Shown here piece by piece: positions 19,550 through 32,393 of a stretch of DNA of 64,000 nucleotides (its first letter is position 1; each line of letters starts with the position of its first letter). The position numbers and the translations under genes are program-made. Source of the DNA: Alphaproteobacteria bacterium (GTDB lineage Bacteria > Pseudomonadota > Alphaproteobacteria > JAAXGF01); contig CAUVXB020000002.1 of assembly GCA_963555825.3 (NCBI GenBank), positions 928,001 through 992,000 of the forward strand, written 5' to 3'. The notes under the pieces were generated by a model. It was not told where the DNA came from. It worked only from the letters and a program-made list of their open reading frames with translations, and did no database searches.

Positions 19550-20927
19550 GAGCTATGTCCGAAAGTTGGTGACGGAGCTATCAGGCGGCGTGTTTGGTTA
19601 TCTTGATTCCGTCCTTGAACGGCACTCCTTCGACGAGTTCGGCGAGTTGATTTGATCCGTCCAGCTTCCGCCATTTCCGCCTGGCACTCAAGATCAGTTT
19701 GAAGGCCATGGCGAGCGCCGTCTTGCGGCTCAGGCACCCCTTGGTCTTCACGGTCCTCAGGCGCACCGTGGCGAAGGTGCTTTCGATGGGGTTGGTGGTG
19801 CGGATGTGCTTCCAGTGCTCGGCCGGGAAGTCGTAGAAGCTCAGCAGGCGTTCACGGTCCTTGACCAGGCGCTCTGCGGCCTTGTGGTATTTTGCGCCGT
19901 AGGCTGCGATGAAGAAGTCGAAGGCGGCTTCGGCGTCGGCCCTAGTCTCGGCCATCCAGATGTCGTGCAGATGGCCCTTGGCTTTGGCCTGCAGGGATTT
20001 GGGCATCTGGTTGAGCACGTTGGCGGTCTTGTGGACCCAGCAACGCTGCACCCTGGTCTCTCCGTAAACCTCGCGTAGCGCCTTCCAGAAGCCCAAGGCG
20101 CCGTCGCCGACGGCCAACTCGGGGCCGGTCTCCAAGCCCCGGCGCTTGAGATCAAGCAGCAGTTCCTTCCAGCTTTGCGCGCTCTCTCGATAACTGTCGA
20201 CCATGCCGACGATGTCCTTGTTGCCCATGGCGTCGGCGCCGATGATCACCAGAACACACTGTTTGTCATGGTCCATGCGAGGCGAGAAGTAGACCCCGTC
20301 GGCCCAAAAATAGACGTAGCGCCGAGCCGAAAGGTCGCGCTTTTGCCAGGCTTCGTATTCGTCCCACCAGACCGCTTTCAGCCGGCCAATGGTGCTGGCC
20401 GTCAGGCCCGGCGCGTCCGGTCCCAGCAGCGCCGCCAGGGCCTCCGAAAAGTCGCCGCTGGAGATGCCCTTCAGATAAAGCCAGGGCAGAAGCGCCTCGA
20501 CCGACTTGGCGCGCCTGAGATAAGGCGGCAGGATCGATGACGTGAAACGGATGCGCCCGCCCGTGGCCTGTGGATCTCGGTCTCGCACTCTTGGCCGCTT
20601 CACCGTCACAGCTCCGATCCCGGTCTGAACCTCGCGTTCCGGCATGTGCCCGTGACGGACAATACGGCGCCGGCCCGAAGCGTCGGTCAAATCGGCATGG
20701 GCTTCAATATGGGCGGCAACTTCCGCTTCAATCGCCTGGCCAAGCAACTGCCGGGCGCCGGCGCGCAATATCTCCGTCAGCGGATCGTCGGAAAATGACT
20801 CTGGCTGGCGCAACGCAACAACTGTATCGTCTTTCATGGCGTATCCCTTTCTTCGGAAAATTGGCGTCTTCATCAACGCCAGGATACGCCGCCTTCATTC
20901 TCCATCACCAAGATTCAGCTATAGCTC
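19550..20927 (-). mobile_element. IS256-family element (1378 bp)
   Basis: Imperfect 28-bp TIRs gagctatgtccgaaagttggtgacggag / ctccatcaccaagattcagctatagctc; 9-bp TSD gcggccacg (19541-19549, 20928-20936). Confidence 0.94.
19581..20876 (-). CDS. IS256 (Mutator) transposase
   Basis: [32 protein letters not shown]; start may be the later MKDD. Confidence 0.95.
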   Translation of the reverse strand: MMKTPIFRRKGYAMKDDTVVALRQPESFSDDPLTEILRAGARQLLGQAIEAEVAAHIEAHADLTDASGRRRIVRHGHMPEREVQTGIGAVTVKRPRVRDRDPQATGGRIRFTSSILPPYLRRAKSVEALLPWLYLKGISSGDFSEALAALLGPDAPGLTASTIGRLKAVWWDEYEAWQKRDLSARRYVYFWADGVYFSPRMDHDKQCVLVIIGADAMGNKDIVGMVDSYRESAQSWKELLLDLKRRGLETGPELAVGDGALGFWKALREVYGETRVQRCWVHKTANVLNQMPKSLQAKAKGHLHDIWMAETRADAEAAFDFFIAAYGAKYHKAAERLVKDRERLLSFYDFPAEHWKHIRTTNPIESTFATVRLRTVKTKGCLSRKTALAMAFKLILSARRKWRKLDGSNQLAELVEGVPFKDGIKITKHAA

Positions 20928-21687
20928 GCGGCCACGCGCCCTCGACCATTCATCGCATCTGGCGGGCCTTCGGCTTGCAGCCGCATCGCTCGGAGACCTT
21001 CAAGCTGTCGAGCGATCCCTTCTTCGTGGAGAAGGTCCGCGACATCGTCGGTCTGTATTTGGCGCCGCCGGATCGTGCCCTGGTTCTCTGTGTCGACGAA
21101 AAGAGCCAGATCCAGGCCCTGGACCGTTCCCAGCCCCTCTTGCCGATGCGCCCCGGGCAGGCGGAGCGGCGCAGCCACGACTACAAGCGCCACGGCACGA
21201 CCTCTCTCTTCGCGGCCCTCGACATCGCCACGGGAGAGATCATCGGCAAATGTTTCCCGCGCCATCGGGCCCGAGAGTTCCGCAAATTCCTCGACCTCGT
21301 CGAGGCGAACGTCCCTGCTGATCTCGACATCCACATCGTCATGGACAACTACGGGACCCACAAGACCAAGGCGATCCGCGACTGGTTCGCCAAACGGCCG
21401 CGCTGGCAGGCCCATTTCACACCCACCAGCGCCTCCTGGCTGAACCAGGTCGAGCGCTGGTTCGGGCTGCTGACCGACAAGCAGATCAGGCGCGGCGTCC
21501 ATCGCTCCACCAAGGAGTTGGAGCGCACCATCCTCGACTACATCGACACGACAAACCAGAACCCCAAACCCTTCAAATGGACCAAATCCGCCGATGACAT
21601 CCTCGGCGCCATCCAGCGCTTCTGCCTCCGAACAATCGAAATCGCTGAACAGCAGGCGAAAATCATGCGAACTTCGGAATCGGGACA

Positions 21688-22526
21688 CTAGCCGCGCGCG
21701 CTGCGCACGCCTTGCGCCAAACCGCCGACCAGGGCGAGAACGTCGTCGACCAGGCCCGGCCGCGGCGCGCCGCTCTCGTCGAGGTTGGCTTTGACCCGAT
21801 CGACGATCGCCGAGCCGACCACCGCGGCGTCGGCGACGCGCGCCACATCGGCCGCGTCGTCGGGCGTCTTGATGCCGAATCCGACCGCGACCGGCAGCTC
21901 GGTGTGGCGCTGCAACCGGGCGACCGCCTCGCCCGTCGTCGTGGCGGCGGCGCCCTTGGCTCCGGTAATCCCGGTGATCGAGACGTAGTAGACGAAGCCC
22001 GAGGTATTGGCGAGCACCCGGGGCAGGCGTCGATCGTCGGTCGTCGGCGTCGCCAGGCGGATGAAGTTGAGGCCGCGGGCGAGCGCCGGCAGACACAGCT
22101 CCTCGTCCTCCTCGGGCGGCAGGTCGACGATGATCAGACCGTCGACCCCGGCGACCCGCGCGTCGTCGAGGAACGCCTCGTTGCCGTAGACGTAGATCGG
22201 GTTGTAGTAGCCCATCAGCACGATCGGTGTGTCCTGGTCGCCGGCGCGGAAGGCGCGCACCATGTCGAGCGTCTTGCTCAGCGTATGGCCCGAGGCGAGC
22301 GCGCGCAGGCTGGACGCCTGGATCGACGGGCCGTCGGCCATCGGGTCGGTGAACGGCATGCCGAGCTCGATGATGTCGGCGCCGGCGGCGGGCAGGCCCT
22401 CGAGGATCGCCATGCCATGGGCGAAGTCGGGGTCGCCCGCGGTGACGAATGTGACCAGGCCGCCGCGGTTCTCCGCGGCGAGCCGGGCGAAACGGCGCGC
22501 GATACGCCCGTCGTCGTCGGCCCCGC

Positions 22527-22530
<4 letters not shown>
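21688..22530 (-). CDS. trpA: Tryptophan synthase alpha chain
   Basis: [35 protein letters not shown]; GTGA overlap with trpB. Confidence 0.96.
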
Positions 22531-23738
<1,208 letters not shown>

Positions 23739-23760
23739 GATCGATATCTCCGCGCGCCGC

Positions 23761-24408
23761 TCAAAGCGCCGCTACCGCGGTGAGAAAATCGGCGATAGAC
23801 GCCGGGTTCTTGTGGCCCGGCCGGTCCTCGACGCCCGACGAGACGTCGACCGCGCGGGCGCCCGAGATGCGCACCGCCTCGGCGACGTTGCCGGCATCGA
23901 GCCCACCCGCCAGCAGCCACGGCTTCGGCCAGACGTGGCCGGCGAGCAATCGCCAGTCGAAGGCGAGCGCGTTGCCGCCGGGCAGCGCGTCCTTCATGCC
24001 CTTGGGGGCGCGCGCGTCGAACAGCAGCCAGTCGGCGACCTCGGCATAACCGCCGGCGGCCTCGATGTCGGCTTCGCCCGAAACCGCGATCGTCTTCATC
24101 ACCGGCACGTCGAAGCGGGCGCGCACCGCGGCCACGCGCGCCGGGCTCTCGCCGCCGTGGAGCTGAATGAGGTCGAGCCGGACGATCGCCAGCGTTGCTG
24201 CGAGCGTGTCGTCGTCGGGATCGACGAAGACGCCGACCTTGGCAATGTCTGGCGGCGTGCCGGCGACCAGCGCCGCCGCCGCTTCGGGCGTCACGGCGCG
24301 CGGCGAAGGCGGGTAGAAGTTGACGCCGATGAGGCGCGCGCCGCCATCGACGGCGGCGGACACCGCTGCCGGCGAGTTGACGCCGCAAATTTTCGCTGCA
24401 ACGGACAT
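23761..24408 (-). CDS. trpF: Phosphoribosylanthranilate isomerase
   Basis: [27 protein letters not shown]. Confidence 0.96.
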   Translation of the reverse strand: MSVAAKICGVNSPAAVSAAVDGGARLIGVNFYPPSPRAVTPEAAAALVAGTPPDIAKVGVFVDPDDDTLAATLAIVRLDLIQLHGGESPARVAAVRARFDVPVMKTIAVSGEADIEAAGGYAEVADWLLFDARAPKGMKDALPGGNALAFDWRLLAGHVWPKPWLLAGGLDAGNVAEAVRISGARAVDVSSGVEDRPGHKNPASIADFLTAVAAL

Positions 24409-24425
24409 GGTTGAGAATTCCGGGC

Positions 24426-25157
24426 TCAGCCGGCGCCCGAGACCATCTCGCCGATGATGCGGCGCGCCGCCGCGGCAGGATCATCTGCGCGCGTGATCGG
24501 CCGGCCGACGACGAGGTAGTCGGCGCCGCGTCTGATCGCCTCGGCCGGCGTGACGATGCGCTTCTGGTCGTCGGCCGACGACCAGGCTGGGCGAATGCCG
24601 GGTATGACGAGGGTGAAATCCGCGCCGCATTGGGTGCGCAGATCGGCGATCTCATGCGCCGAGGCGACGACACCGTCGAGGCCATTGTCGCGCGCCAAAT
24701 CGGCGAGGCGGCGTACCTGATCGGCCAGCGGCCCCTTCATGCCGACCGCATCGACGTCGACGTCGTCGAAGCTGGTCAGCACGGTAATGCCGACGACCAG
24801 CGGCCGATTGGCGCCGTTTCGGTCGGCCAGGCGGAACGAGGCGGCCATCGCGGCGCGCATCATGGCCGGGCCACCGGCGACGTGGACCGTCATCATGAAC
24901 GGGTTGAGCGCGGCCGAGCCGCGGATCGCGCCAGCCACCGTGTTCGGGATGTCGTAGTATTTGAGATCGAGGAATACCGGCAGGCCGCAGCGACTGACCT
25001 CGGTCACGCCTTGGGGGCCGTGCGCGGTGTAGAACTCGAGCCCCAGCTTGATCCCGCCGACGACGTCGACGAGCGACGCCGCGAGCGATACCGCGGTATC
25101 GAGCTCGGCGGTATCGATCGCGCAGATCAAGCGCTTGGCGCTGTCGGCGTCGGTCAT
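24426..25157 (-). CDS. pyrF: Orotidine-5'-phosphate decarboxylase
   Basis: FLDLKYYDIPNTV, PGIRP, DDQKR, LVVGRPI. Confidence 0.96.
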   Translation of the reverse strand: MTDADSAKRLICAIDTAELDTAVSLAASLVDVVGGIKLGLEFYTAHGPQGVTEVSRCGLPVFLDLKYYDIPNTVAGAIRGSAALNPFMMTVHVAGGPAMMRAAMAASFRLADRNGANRPLVVGITVLTSFDDVDVDAVGMKGPLADQVRRLADLARDNGLDGVVASAHEIADLRTQCGADFTLVIPGIRPAWSSADDQKRIVTPAEAIRRGADYLVVGRPITRADDPAAAARRIIGEMVSGAG

Positions 25158-25216
25158 GATGTCCTTCCCCTCGCGGCCCGTTGGATGCGACCGCTTCGCC
25201 GCTTTATAGCAGACTA

Positions 25217-25469
25217 GCCCGGATTTCTCACTATAGACAGGCGCGTCATCGCGTCGGGCGGTCGCCGAGCCGCCAGGAGAGGGCCGCCGAGCGTGGCCTG
25301 GGCCACGGTCAAGGCCTTCGACGCCGCGCACGCCCCGCCCGGCGTGACCCTAAAGGGCGGCGGATATCGGACGACAGGCGGCGTCAAAACGCTTGCCCGA
25401 TGCGCACTTTTCCTTGCCTGTCGGCCGATATCCGCCGTGCCGCACCTGTCAATAATAAGAACTCCTGGC
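25217..25469. mobile_element. MITE-like element M3 (253 bp)
   Basis: Ends ctagcccggatttctcactatagacaggcgcg / cgcacctgtcaataataagaactcctggctag (26/32 complementary including CTAG flanks); internal hairpins. Confidence 0.78.
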
Positions 25470-25534
25470 TAGGGCTTGTCTAGGCACGACAATTCAAGAT
25501 CACGGTCGCGTGGCGCGGCGGCGTCCGGAACGTG

Positions 25535-25858
25535 TCAGACCGGCTCTACGGTCGTGGTGAGCGCGCCACCGCGTGTTTCGGGCGCGGCGTCGCGACGCGC
25601 CAGATCGCGCTCCAGCGTCGCCGCCTTGCGCTTGTTGGCGCGCGCGTCGCGACGTGTCCGATGTCCGCCAAGCCAGGCCGCCGTGACGCCGCCGACGAAG
25701 CCGAGCACAAGCCCGGCAAAGGCGACGCCGTAAAGCGGCAGGTCGGGGGCGAAGGGCAACGGGTCGAAGCGCACCGTGACATCGTGACGGTTGGCCACCG
25801 CGAAGACAACGATGAAGACGCCGATTGGAATGCCGACGATCCAACGCAGCAACTTCAT
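25535..25858 (-). CDS. LapA-domain (DUF1049-like) membrane protein
   Basis: Two TM segments, VFAVANRHDVTVRFDP; typical position after ihfB. Confidence 0.8.
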   Translation of the reverse strand: MKLLRWIVGIPIGVFIVVFAVANRHDVTVRFDPLPFAPDLPLYGVAFAGLVLGFVGGVTAAWLGGHRTRRDARANKRKAATLERDLARRDAAPETRGGALTTTVEPV

Positions 25859-25881
25859 CGGTGAGACGCCGCGGCCGGCGC

Positions 25882-26163
25882 TCACTTGGAATTGAGCCGT
25901 TCGCGTAGCTCCTTGCCGGTCTTGAAATAGGGCAAGCGCTTGGACGCGACCTGCACGGCCTCACCAGTACGCGGATTGCGACCGACGCGCGCCGCGCGTT
26001 GCTTGACCGAAAACGCGCCGAAACCACGCAGTTCGACCCGTTCACCGCGCGCCAGGGCGGCGGAGATTTCCTCGAAGATCGTACTGACGATACGCTCGAC
26101 ATCGCGGTGATAGAGATGCGGATTCTGTTCCGCCAACTGCATGATGAGCTGCGATCTCGTCAT
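25882..26163 (-). CDS. ihfB: Integration host factor beta subunit
   Basis: [32 protein letters not shown]. Confidence 0.96.
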   Translation of the reverse strand: MTRSQLIMQLAEQNPHLYHRDVERIVSTIFEEISAALARGERVELRGFGAFSVKQRAARVGRNPRTGEAVQVASKRLPYFKTGKELRERLNSK

Positions 26164-26240
26164 ATTACCCCTCCCGAAGCGGTCGATTTCAGCCGGGAGG
26201 CGGCCGTCATGTCCGCAATCGATTGTCTTGGACGACCGTC

Positions 26241-27155
26241 TCATCCACCGCCAGGGTGCCAAACCGACATCAAACCGTCAAGCATAAGTCGTTCTGATAC
26301 CTTTATATTTTTAGCGAGCGAACCCAGCGCGTCGAACCATTGACCGCCCAGCTTGTCCATCTTGATGTCGCGCGTCGGCAGGTCGACAGGCACACCCTTT
26401 TCGCTGGCGAGCCAGCTGCGTGCTTCCGTTTCGCCGCCGATCTCGTCGATCAAGTCGTGACCGAGCGCCTGGCGCCCCGAGTAGACGCGGCCGTCGGCCA
26501 ACCCGCGCACACCGGCCTCGTCGAGGCTGCGGCGTTCGGCGACCATCGAGGTGAACAGCGCGTGCATGTCGTCGATAACCGACTGGGTAGCGGCGCGCAC
26601 CTCGTCGGTCAGCGGCTCGAGCGGTGAGGGCGCGGCCTTGAGCGGCCCGCTCTTGATCGCCTCGGCCGAGACACCGATATTTTCCAACAGGCCGGTGATA
26701 TCGGTGGTCTGCATCAGGACGCCGATCGAGCCGGTGATCGTGCCATTGCGCGCGTAGATGCGGTCGGATGCGATCGCCACCATATAGCCCGCCGAGGTCG
26801 CGACGGTGCCCATGACGGCGAGCACCGGCTTGTGCTCGGCAACGTCGCGCAACGCGAGATAGAGTGATTCGCCGCCGACGAAGGTGCCGCCGGGGCTGTT
26901 GATGTTGACGATCAGGGCCTTGGCCTTGTCATCGCCGGCGACCGCGGCAAGCGCCTCGATCAGCACCGGATCGTCGACGATGATGCCGGCGACCGCGACG
27001 CGGGCGACATGATCACGCACCGCCCAGTCCTCGAAGCGCGCGACGCCACCGATGACGCCAGCGACGATCGCGACGATCGCCAAGCCGCGCCAGACGGCGA
27101 TCCGGCGCTTGAGGCGCCGGCGGTCGACCATCATGTCGGTGTCGTGGCTCATCAT
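26241..27155 (-). CDS. sppA: Signal peptide peptidase SppA (S49)
   Basis: [26 protein letters not shown]. Confidence 0.93.
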   Translation of the reverse strand: MMSHDTDMMVDRRRLKRRIAVWRGLAIVAIVAGVIGGVARFEDWAVRDHVARVAVAGIIVDDPVLIEALAAVAGDDKAKALIVNINSPGGTFVGGESLYLALRDVAEHKPVLAVMGTVATSAGYMVAIASDRIYARNGTITGSIGVLMQTTDITGLLENIGVSAEAIKSGPLKAAPSPLEPLTDEVRAATQSVIDDMHALFTSMVAERRSLDEAGVRGLADGRVYSGRQALGHDLIDEIGGETEARSWLASEKGVPVDLPTRDIKMDKLGGQWFDALGSLAKNIKVSERLMLDGLMSVWHPGGG

Positions 27156-27194
27156 GCCCTCTGTCGGCGCCTCGTCATCGCCCAGGGCGCGGCG

Positions 27195-29348
27195 CTACGT
27201 CTTTTTGTCGTCGTCCTCGGCAGTTTCCGCTGCAGCGGGCTCGGCGTCGGCTTCGGCCGCCGCTTCGTCCTCGGCGGGGGCGTCTTCCGCCACGGCTTCG
27301 GCCGTCGCTTCGGGCTCGGCCTCCGCCGCTTCAGGCTCGGCTTCCGCTGCAGCGGGCTCGGCGTCGGCTTCGGCCGCCGCTTCGTCCTCGGCGGGGGCAT
27401 CTTCCGCCACGGCTTCGTCCGTCGCTTCGGGCTCGGCCTCCGCCGCTTCAGGCTCGGCTTCCGCTGCTTCGGGCTCGGCTTCCGCCGCCTCAGGCTCGGC
27501 GTCGGCTTCGACTGCCGCTTCGTCTTTGGCGGGCGCTTCCTCGACCTCCGCCGCCTCTTCGGCGGCTGCGTCCTCGGTGGGCGCGGCCTCGGCCGCCGCT
27601 TCCTCGGCCGGCTCGTCGTTGGTCGTGGCCTCGGCGCTCTCTCGGCTCGCCTTGCTCATCGCCTCGCCGAGGATGTCGCCCAGGCTGGCGCCCGAATCGG
27701 ACGAACCGTATTCGGCCATCGCCTGCTTCTCGTCGGCCACCTCGAGCGCCTTGATCGACAGGCTGATCCTGCGCGTCGTGCGGCTGATCGAGGTCACCCT
27801 GGCGTCGATCTTCTCGCCGACCGCGAAGCGCTCGGGTTGCTGGTCGGCGCGGTCGCGCGCGAGGTCGGCCTTGCGAATGAAGCCGCTCGCACCGGCGACC
27901 GTCACATCGATCCCGTTGGACATCACCTGGGTGATCTCGCAGGTGACGCGCGAGCCCTTCTTGATGTCGGCCATCGCCTCGGTGAACGGGTCGTCGCCGA
28001 GCTGCTTGACGCCGAGGCTGATGCGCTCCTTTTCGGTGTCGACGTCGAGCACCTTGACCTTGACCATATCGCCCTTGCTGTAGTCCTGGATCGCCTCCTC
28101 GCCGGAACGTTCCCACGAGATGTCCGACATATGCACCATGCCGTCGATGTCGCCGGGCAGGCCGACGAACAGGCCGAACTCGGTAACGTTCTTGACCTCG
28201 CCCTCGAGCACCTCGCCGACCGGGTGCGATCCGAGGAACGCCGCCCACGGGTTGTCGAGGCACTGCTTGAGCCCGAGGCTGATGCGCCGCCTGTGCGGAT
28301 CGACATCGAGCACCATGACCTCGACCTCTTGGCTGGTCGAGACGATCTTGCCCGGGTGGACGTTCTTCTTGGTCCAGCTCATCTCCGAGACGTGGACCAG
28401 GCCCTCGACGCCCGGCTCGAGCTCCACGAAGGCGCCGTAGTCGGTGATATTGGTGACCCGGCCGATGAATTTGGTGCTCACCGGGTACTTGGCGTCGACG
28501 CCGTCCCACGGGTCCGATTCGAGCTGCTTCATGCCGAGGCTGATGCGCTGGGTCTCGCGGTTGAACCGAATCACCTGTACGTTGACGGTCTGGCCGATCG
28601 ACAGAATCTCGGACGGATGATTGACGCGCCGCCAGGCGATGTCGGTGACATGAAGCAAACCGTCGACGCCGCCGAGATCGACGAAGGCGCCGTAGTCGGT
28701 GATATTCTTGACGACGCCCTCGAGCACCTGGCCTTCCTTGAGGTTGGCCAGCAGCTCGGCGCGCTGCTCGGCCCGCGACTCCTCGAGCACGGCGCGGCGC
28801 GACACGACGATGTTGCCGCGATGGCGGTCCATCTTGAGGATGCAGAATTCGTGCGGCATGCCCATCAACGGCGCGATATCGCGCACCGGGCGGATGTCGA
28901 CCTGGCTGCCCGGCAGGAAGGCGACGGCGCCCGAGAGATCAACCGTGAAGCCGCCCTTGACGCGGCCGAAGATCGTTCCCTTGACCCGCTCGGTCTTGTT
29001 GAATGCCTGCTCGAGCTGGATCCAGGCCTCCTCGCGACGCGCCTTATCGCGGCTCAGCATCGCCTCGCCTTCGCGGTTTTCGAGCCGCTCGAGATAAACT
29101 TCGACCTCGTCGCCGACCTTGACCTCGGGGGCCTGCCCGCCTTCGGCAAATTCCTTCAGCGCCACGCGGCCTTCGGCCTTGAGGCCGACGTCGATCAGCG
29201 CCATGTCGTTTTCGATGGCGACGATGATGCCGGTGATCACGGTGCGTTCGACGGCGTCGCGAATTTCAAGCGATTCGGCGAACAGCGCCGAGAAATCCTC
29301 GCCGGTTGGGGGTGTTTCTTCGCCGGTGGTGGCGATCGGTTCGGACAT
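27195..29348 (-). CDS. rpsA: 30S ribosomal protein S1 with long acidic Ala/Glu C-terminal tail
   Basis: Repeated S1 domains (DYGAFV, RISLG); downstream of cmk. Confidence 0.97.
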   Translation of the reverse strand: MSEPIATTGEETPPTGEDFSALFAESLEIRDAVERTVITGIIVAIENDMALIDVGLKAEGRVALKEFAEGGQAPEVKVGDEVEVYLERLENREGEAMLSRDKARREEAWIQLEQAFNKTERVKGTIFGRVKGGFTVDLSGAVAFLPGSQVDIRPVRDIAPLMGMPHEFCILKMDRHRGNIVVSRRAVLEESRAEQRAELLANLKEGQVLEGVVKNITDYGAFVDLGGVDGLLHVTDIAWRRVNHPSEILSIGQTVNVQVIRFNRETQRISLGMKQLESDPWDGVDAKYPVSTKFIGRVTNITDYGAFVELEPGVEGLVHVSEMSWTKKNVHPGKIVSTSQEVEVMVLDVDPHRRRISLGLKQCLDNPWAAFLGSHPVGEVLEGEVKNVTEFGLFVGLPGDIDGMVHMSDISWERSGEEAIQDYSKGDMVKVKVLDVDTEKERISLGVKQLGDDPFTEAMADIKKGSRVTCEITQVMSNGIDVTVAGASGFIRKADLARDRADQQPERFAVGEKIDARVTSISRTTRRISLSIKALEVADEKQAMAEYGSSDSGASLGDILGEAMSKASRESAEATTNDEPAEEAAAEAAPTEDAAAEEAAEVEEAPAKDEAAVEADAEPEAAEAEPEAAEAEPEAAEAEPEATDEAVAEDAPAEDEAAAEADAEPAAAEAEPEAAEAEPEATAEAVAEDAPAEDEAAAEADAEPAAAETAEDDDKKT
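27225..27467. repeat. 117-bp in-frame tandem duplication in the rpsA tail
   Basis: 27225-27341 and 27342-27458 differ at 2 positions; built from shorter EAAEAEP units. Confidence 0.9.
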
Positions 29349-29481
29349 GCGGGCTCCTAGATCAAGTCGTTATCTCGTGGCGGTTTCTGCCGGGGCGCGA
29401 GGCGGCGTTTGGTACACGCCAAACCCTCCAACCACCCCGGTCAGCAGGTACTCACAACGGACAAGAAACTGAAAGCGCGAC

Positions 29482-29510
29482 TCTATACAGGTGGCAGCGC
29501 CGGACTGCAA
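29482..29510 (-). promoter_or_regulatory. Putative rpsA promoter
   Basis: TTGCAG-17 bp-TATAGA on the minus strand between cmk and rpsA. Confidence 0.5.
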
Positions 29511-29522
29511 CCGATTCCGGCG

Positions 29523-30218
29523 TTAATCCGGCTCACGCCGCGGCGCGATTTCGGCCCCACTGTCGAGCATCGCGAGCGCGGCCTCGAATACCGCATCGAT
29601 ATCGAGCCCGCTGGTGTCGAGCACGATCGCATCGGCGGCCGGAACCATGGGCGCGACGGCGCGTTCGGCGTCGCGCGCGTCGCGCTCGGCCATCTCGCGA
29701 CGCACCGCCGCGCGCTCGGCCGTCTCGCCCCGTTGAACGAGCTCCAGATAGCGGCGTTCGGCGCGCGCCTCGGCGCTCGCGGTGATGTACAGCTTGTGCT
29801 CGGCGTCGGGGAACACGACGGTGCCGATGTCGCGGCCGTCGATCACGGCGCCCGGCGGCGTCCGGCCGAAGCGACGCTGGGTGTCGATCAGCGCGTGCCG
29901 CACCGCCGGAATCGCCGCGACGACCGACGCGGCGCGGCCGACCGCTTCGTCACGCAGGTTGGCAGCCGTCAGGTCGGTCTCGTCGAGCGCGCGGGCCGCG
30001 GCCTCGGCCGCAGCCGCGTCCGCCGGGTCGCCAGCTTCGCGCAACAGCCGCGCGGCGACCGCGCGGTAGAGCGTGCCTGAGTCCAAATGGCGCAAGTCGA
30101 AATGTGCGGCGAGCCGGCGCGCCAAGGTGCCCTTGCCGGCGGCGGCCGGCCCGTCGACCGCGATCACGACGCCGGTTGCGTCGAGCGCCGGCGCGTCAAC
30201 TCCAGAGGTGTCAAACAA
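29523..30218 (-). CDS. cmk: Cytidylate kinase
   Basis: [34 protein letters not shown]; start uncertain (TTG overlapping aroA stop assumed). Confidence 0.94.
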   Translation of the reverse strand: MFDTSGVDAPALDATGVVIAVDGPAAAGKGTLARRLAAHFDLRHLDSGTLYRAVAARLLREAGDPADAAAAEAAARALDETDLTAANLRDEAVGRAASVVAAIPAVRHALIDTQRRFGRTPPGAVIDGRDIGTVVFPDAEHKLYITASAEARAERRYLELVQRGETAERAAVRREMAERDARDAERAVAPMVPAADAIVLDTSGLDIDAVFEAALAMLDSGAEIAPRREPD

Positions 30219-31530
30219 TGTCGGCGCCCAGCCGGTTGAACAGCGCCGCGAAGCCCGGGAAGCTGGTGTCGATCGGCGCCGCGTCGTCGATCGACACCGA
30301 CAGGGGCGCGGCCAGGCCGAGCACCAGGAACGCCATGGCGATGCGATGATCGAGCCGCGTCGCGATATGCCCGCCACCCTCGACCGGACCGCCCGAGCCG
30401 GTGACCGTCAGGCTGTCGTCGGCCGCCTCGACCGTGACGCCACAGGCCTCGAGGCCATCGACGATGGCGGCCAGGCGGTCGCTCTCCTTGACGCGCAACT
30501 CGGCGAGCCCGTGCATCACCGTCGCGCCCTCGGCGAAGGCGGCCGCGACCGCGAGGATCGGATACTCGTCGATCATCGTCGGCGCGCGCGCCGCCGGCAC
30601 ATCGACCCCCTTGAGCGGCCCGGCGTTGACGTGAACGTCGGCGACCGGTTCGCCGCCTTCCTCACGCTCATTGCCGAGCGCGATATCGGCGCCCATTTCG
30701 ACAAGCGTCGCCAGCAGGCCGCTGCGCAGCGGATTGACGCCGACGCCCTCGATGGTCAGCGACGAGCCCGGCACGATCAGCCCGGCGACCATGAGGAACG
30801 CGGCCGACGACGGGTCGCCGGGCACGGTCACATGGCGCGCCGTCAGTTCGGGCTGGCCGGTCAGCGTGACCCGGCGGGCGCCGTCGGCCTCGACGCCGAA
30901 GTCTAGCGTGGCGCCGAAGTGGCGCAGCAGCCGCTCGGTGTGATCGCGCGTCGGTTCGGGTTCGATCACCGTGGTGGCGCCCGGCGCGTTGAGGCCGGCG
31001 AACAGCACCGCCGATTTGACCTGCGCCGACGGCACGGGCAGACGGTAGACGATCGGCAGCGGATCGTCGCTGCCGGTCACGCTGAGCGGCAGGCGCATGC
31101 CGTCGCGCGCGACGATATGTGCGCCGATCGCTGTGAGCGGCTCGGCGACACGGTCCATCGGACGCGCGCACAAGCTGGCGTCACCGGTGAACTGGCAGGT
31201 GATCGGGTGGCTCGCGACGACACCCATCAAAAGGCGAGCGCCGGTGCCGGCATTGCCCATGTCGAGCGTCGCGACGGGCTCGGCCAGGCCGCCGACGCCG
31301 ACGCCGTGAACGCGCCAGACGCCGTCATCGCCGCGCAGAATTTCAGCGCCCAGGGCGCGCAACGCCCGGGCCGTGCACATCACGTCGTCGCCCTCGAGCA
31401 GCCCGGCGATCGATGTCTCGCCGACGGCGAGCGCGCCGAGTATCAGCGCTCGGTGCGAGATCGACTTGTCACCGGGGACGCGGGCCAGGCCCTGGAGCGG
31501 GCCGGCGGGGCGTGAAGTTGACGTCGTCAT
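30211..31530 (-). CDS. aroA: EPSP synthase
   Basis: [36 protein letters not shown]. Confidence 0.97.
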   Translation of the reverse strand: MTTSTSRPAGPLQGLARVPGDKSISHRALILGALAVGETSIAGLLEGDDVMCTARALRALGAEILRGDDGVWRVHGVGVGGLAEPVATLDMGNAGTGARLLMGVVASHPITCQFTGDASLCARPMDRVAEPLTAIGAHIVARDGMRLPLSVTGSDDPLPIVYRLPVPSAQVKSAVLFAGLNAPGATTVIEPEPTRDHTERLLRHFGATLDFGVEADGARRVTLTGQPELTARHVTVPGDPSSAAFLMVAGLIVPGSSLTIEGVGVNPLRSGLLATLVEMGADIALGNEREEGGEPVADVHVNAGPLKGVDVPAARAPTMIDEYPILAVAAAFAEGATVMHGLAELRVKESDRLAAIVDGLEACGVTVEAADDSLTVTGSGGPVEGGGHIATRLDHRIAMAFLVLGLAAPLSVSIDDAAPIDTSFPGFAALFNRLGADIV

Positions 31531-31730
31531 GGTTTCCAAGGCGTGCTCGCGGCGCACGGGCGAGAGAAATTGGCTGCCGGCATGACCGGCCGGGCTGTCT
31601 CTAACATATCAGCCCGGCCGGTGAACAGGGTGGTACGCAATTTCGATGAAATTTGCTTTTGACAGCGTCATGCGATCAGGGCAATTGGACCGTTAGAGGC
31701 CGGTCAACACGACGAAGGAAATTTGACACC

Positions 31731-32117
31731 GTGGCGCAAGTCGAATGGGGCGCGAAACGACGGTGCGCGAGCTGCGGCGCAAACTTCTACGACCTGCGGC
31801 GCGAACCGATCATCTGTCCGCGGTGCGAAGCGGTCTTCGAGCCAGTGGCGGCGCCGCGGTCGCGCGTGACCGCCGCCGCGGTCGCCGCCGAGACCTCGCC
31901 CGTCGTCGCGGCCCACGACGTCGAGATCGTCATCGAGGGCAAGGATGCCAAATCGATCGACGATGCCGATGCCGCCGATGCCGCCGATTCCGCCGATGTC
32001 GTCGAGGAGGATGACGACACCGATAATCTGATCGAGGACGTATCGGAGCTTGGCGAGGACGATGACGTCGTGGCGGAAGCTGTCGCCGCGTCGCCCAAGG
32101 ACGACGGCGAACGCTGA
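31731..32117 (+). CDS. TIGR02300 / FYDLN acid domain protein
   Basis: WGAKRRCASCGANFYDL..CPRC plus acidic tail; divergent from aroA and upstream of tRNA-Ala. Confidence 0.88.
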   Translation: MAQVEWGAKRRCASCGANFYDLRREPIICPRCEAVFEPVAAPRSRVTAAAVAAETSPVVAAHDVEIVIEGKDAKSIDDADAADAADSADVVEEDDDTDNLIEDVSELGEDDDVVAEAVAASPKDDGER

Positions 32118-32228
32118 TCGGTGGTATTTAGCTCGACCGTCGCGCTCGTTTTTCGCTTGCGTCGCCCGGGCGGCGTTCCTACGTTGTCGCCCGGCCACCC
32201 AGCGGGGCGGCCGAAGCCGGGATATTTC

Positions 32229-32304
<76 letters not shown>

Positions 32305-32313
32305 AGACGTCGA

Positions 32314-32342
32314 GGGGCTAGCCCGTAATAGGCTAGCCCCTT
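32314..32342 (+). terminator. Hairpin after tRNA-Ala (probable terminator)
   Basis: ggggctagcc / ggctagcccc perfect 10-bp stem; weak U tract. Confidence 0.5.
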
Positions 32343-32393
32343 CGGCATTCGGGCGCCGGATCGGCGATCGCGCCGGTCCGCCAGGGCGCCCGT

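Larger units (their letters stand above)
19123..21688 (+). mobile_element. IS630-family element, type B, copy 1, interrupted by IS256
   Basis: Ends gtgtcctgat / atcgggacac; TA duplicated within CTAG; matches 50171-51349 once 19550-20936 is removed. Confidence 0.95.
19183..21691 (+). pseudogene. IS630 transposase disrupted by IS256 insertion
   Basis: N-part (MARVAV..RASGH) and C-part ([13 protein letters not shown]) match the intact ORF 50231-51352. Confidence 0.93.

Noticed and set aside
27009-29360. Long antisense and alternate-frame ORFs (e.g. 783 aa opposite rpsA, 6434-8452, 36102-38360, 58140-60242)
   Set aside because: Shadow ORFs expected in high-GC DNA, overlapping well-supported genes and without recognisable motifs.
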